Positions 8,660-8,834 of a stretch of DNA of 8,834 nucleotides are shown here, piece after piece; the stretch's first letter is position 1; each line of letters opens with the position of its first letter. Source of the stretch: Ascoidea asiatica JCM 7603 (lineage: Eukaryota; Fungi; Ascomycota). The stretch is taken from assembly GCA_001600695.1 (NCBI GenBank), contig BCKQ01000001.1, forward strand, positions 1,957,628-1,966,461, given 5' to 3'. The position numbers and the translations under genes were made by a program. Under the pieces are notes generated by a model. That model did no database searches, was not told where the DNA came from, and saw only the letters and a program-made list of their open reading frames with translations.

Positions 8660-8834
8660 ATGTCAACTAACTTAATAATTTTACCTTCCCCCTCCTTAAT
8701 TGAAACAATTAAACAATTTGAAAATAATTTAGGACTTTATCTCCCTCTTATTTTGGAATTTTATGTTCAACATAAGGACACAACTTTTTTTATTGATGAT
8801 TCAAGTGATATTTCTATTAATAATAAAACTAAAA
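8660..8834 (+). CDS. 5' end of an unidentified ORF running off the window (hypothetical protein, partial)
   Basis: ATG at 8660 opens 58 stop-free codons to the window end (MSTNLIILPSPSLIETIKQFENNLGLYLPLILEFYVQHKDTTFFIDDSSDISINNKTK) in very AT-rich DNA, ~85 bp after a TATA box. Not in the supplied ORF track; no homology recognised. Confidence 0.5.
   Translation, partial: MSTNLIILPSPSLIETIKQFENNLGLYLPLILEFYVQHKDTTFFIDDSSDISINNKTK

Overview
AT-rich, eukaryotic (most likely fungal/yeast-like, inferred) transposon graveyard with no intact gene fully inside the window. (1) ~1-3250 (+): a decayed CryptonF-type tyrosine-recombinase (YR) DNA transposon gene. It has an Ndc10-II-like YR domain plus a C-terminal GCR1_C-like domain and is only visible when the short ORFs are stitched across frameshifts. 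All canonical catalytic positions (R, K, HxxR, W, Y) are still readable. (2) 1111-2153: a ~1.04 kb GC-richer, palindrome-rich non-coding insertion that splits the Crypton gene. It is probably a minus-strand solo LTR, but an alternative boundary model gives an 8-bp direct repeat. (3) ~3796-8325 (+): a degenerate Ty1/copia LTR retrotransposon (gag with CCHC knuckle, PR, IN, RT, RNase H) that is 3'-truncated with no 3' LTR. (4) 8390-8834: an array of five TGTTTCA motifs (reverse complement of the Ste12 pheromone response element TGAAACA), a TATA box and an unrecognised ORF running off the window. This same stretch also superficially resembles a point centromere (CDEI / ~88 bp 93% AT / CCGAAA). 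All homology calls were made by eye from remembered family motifs; no searches were run.
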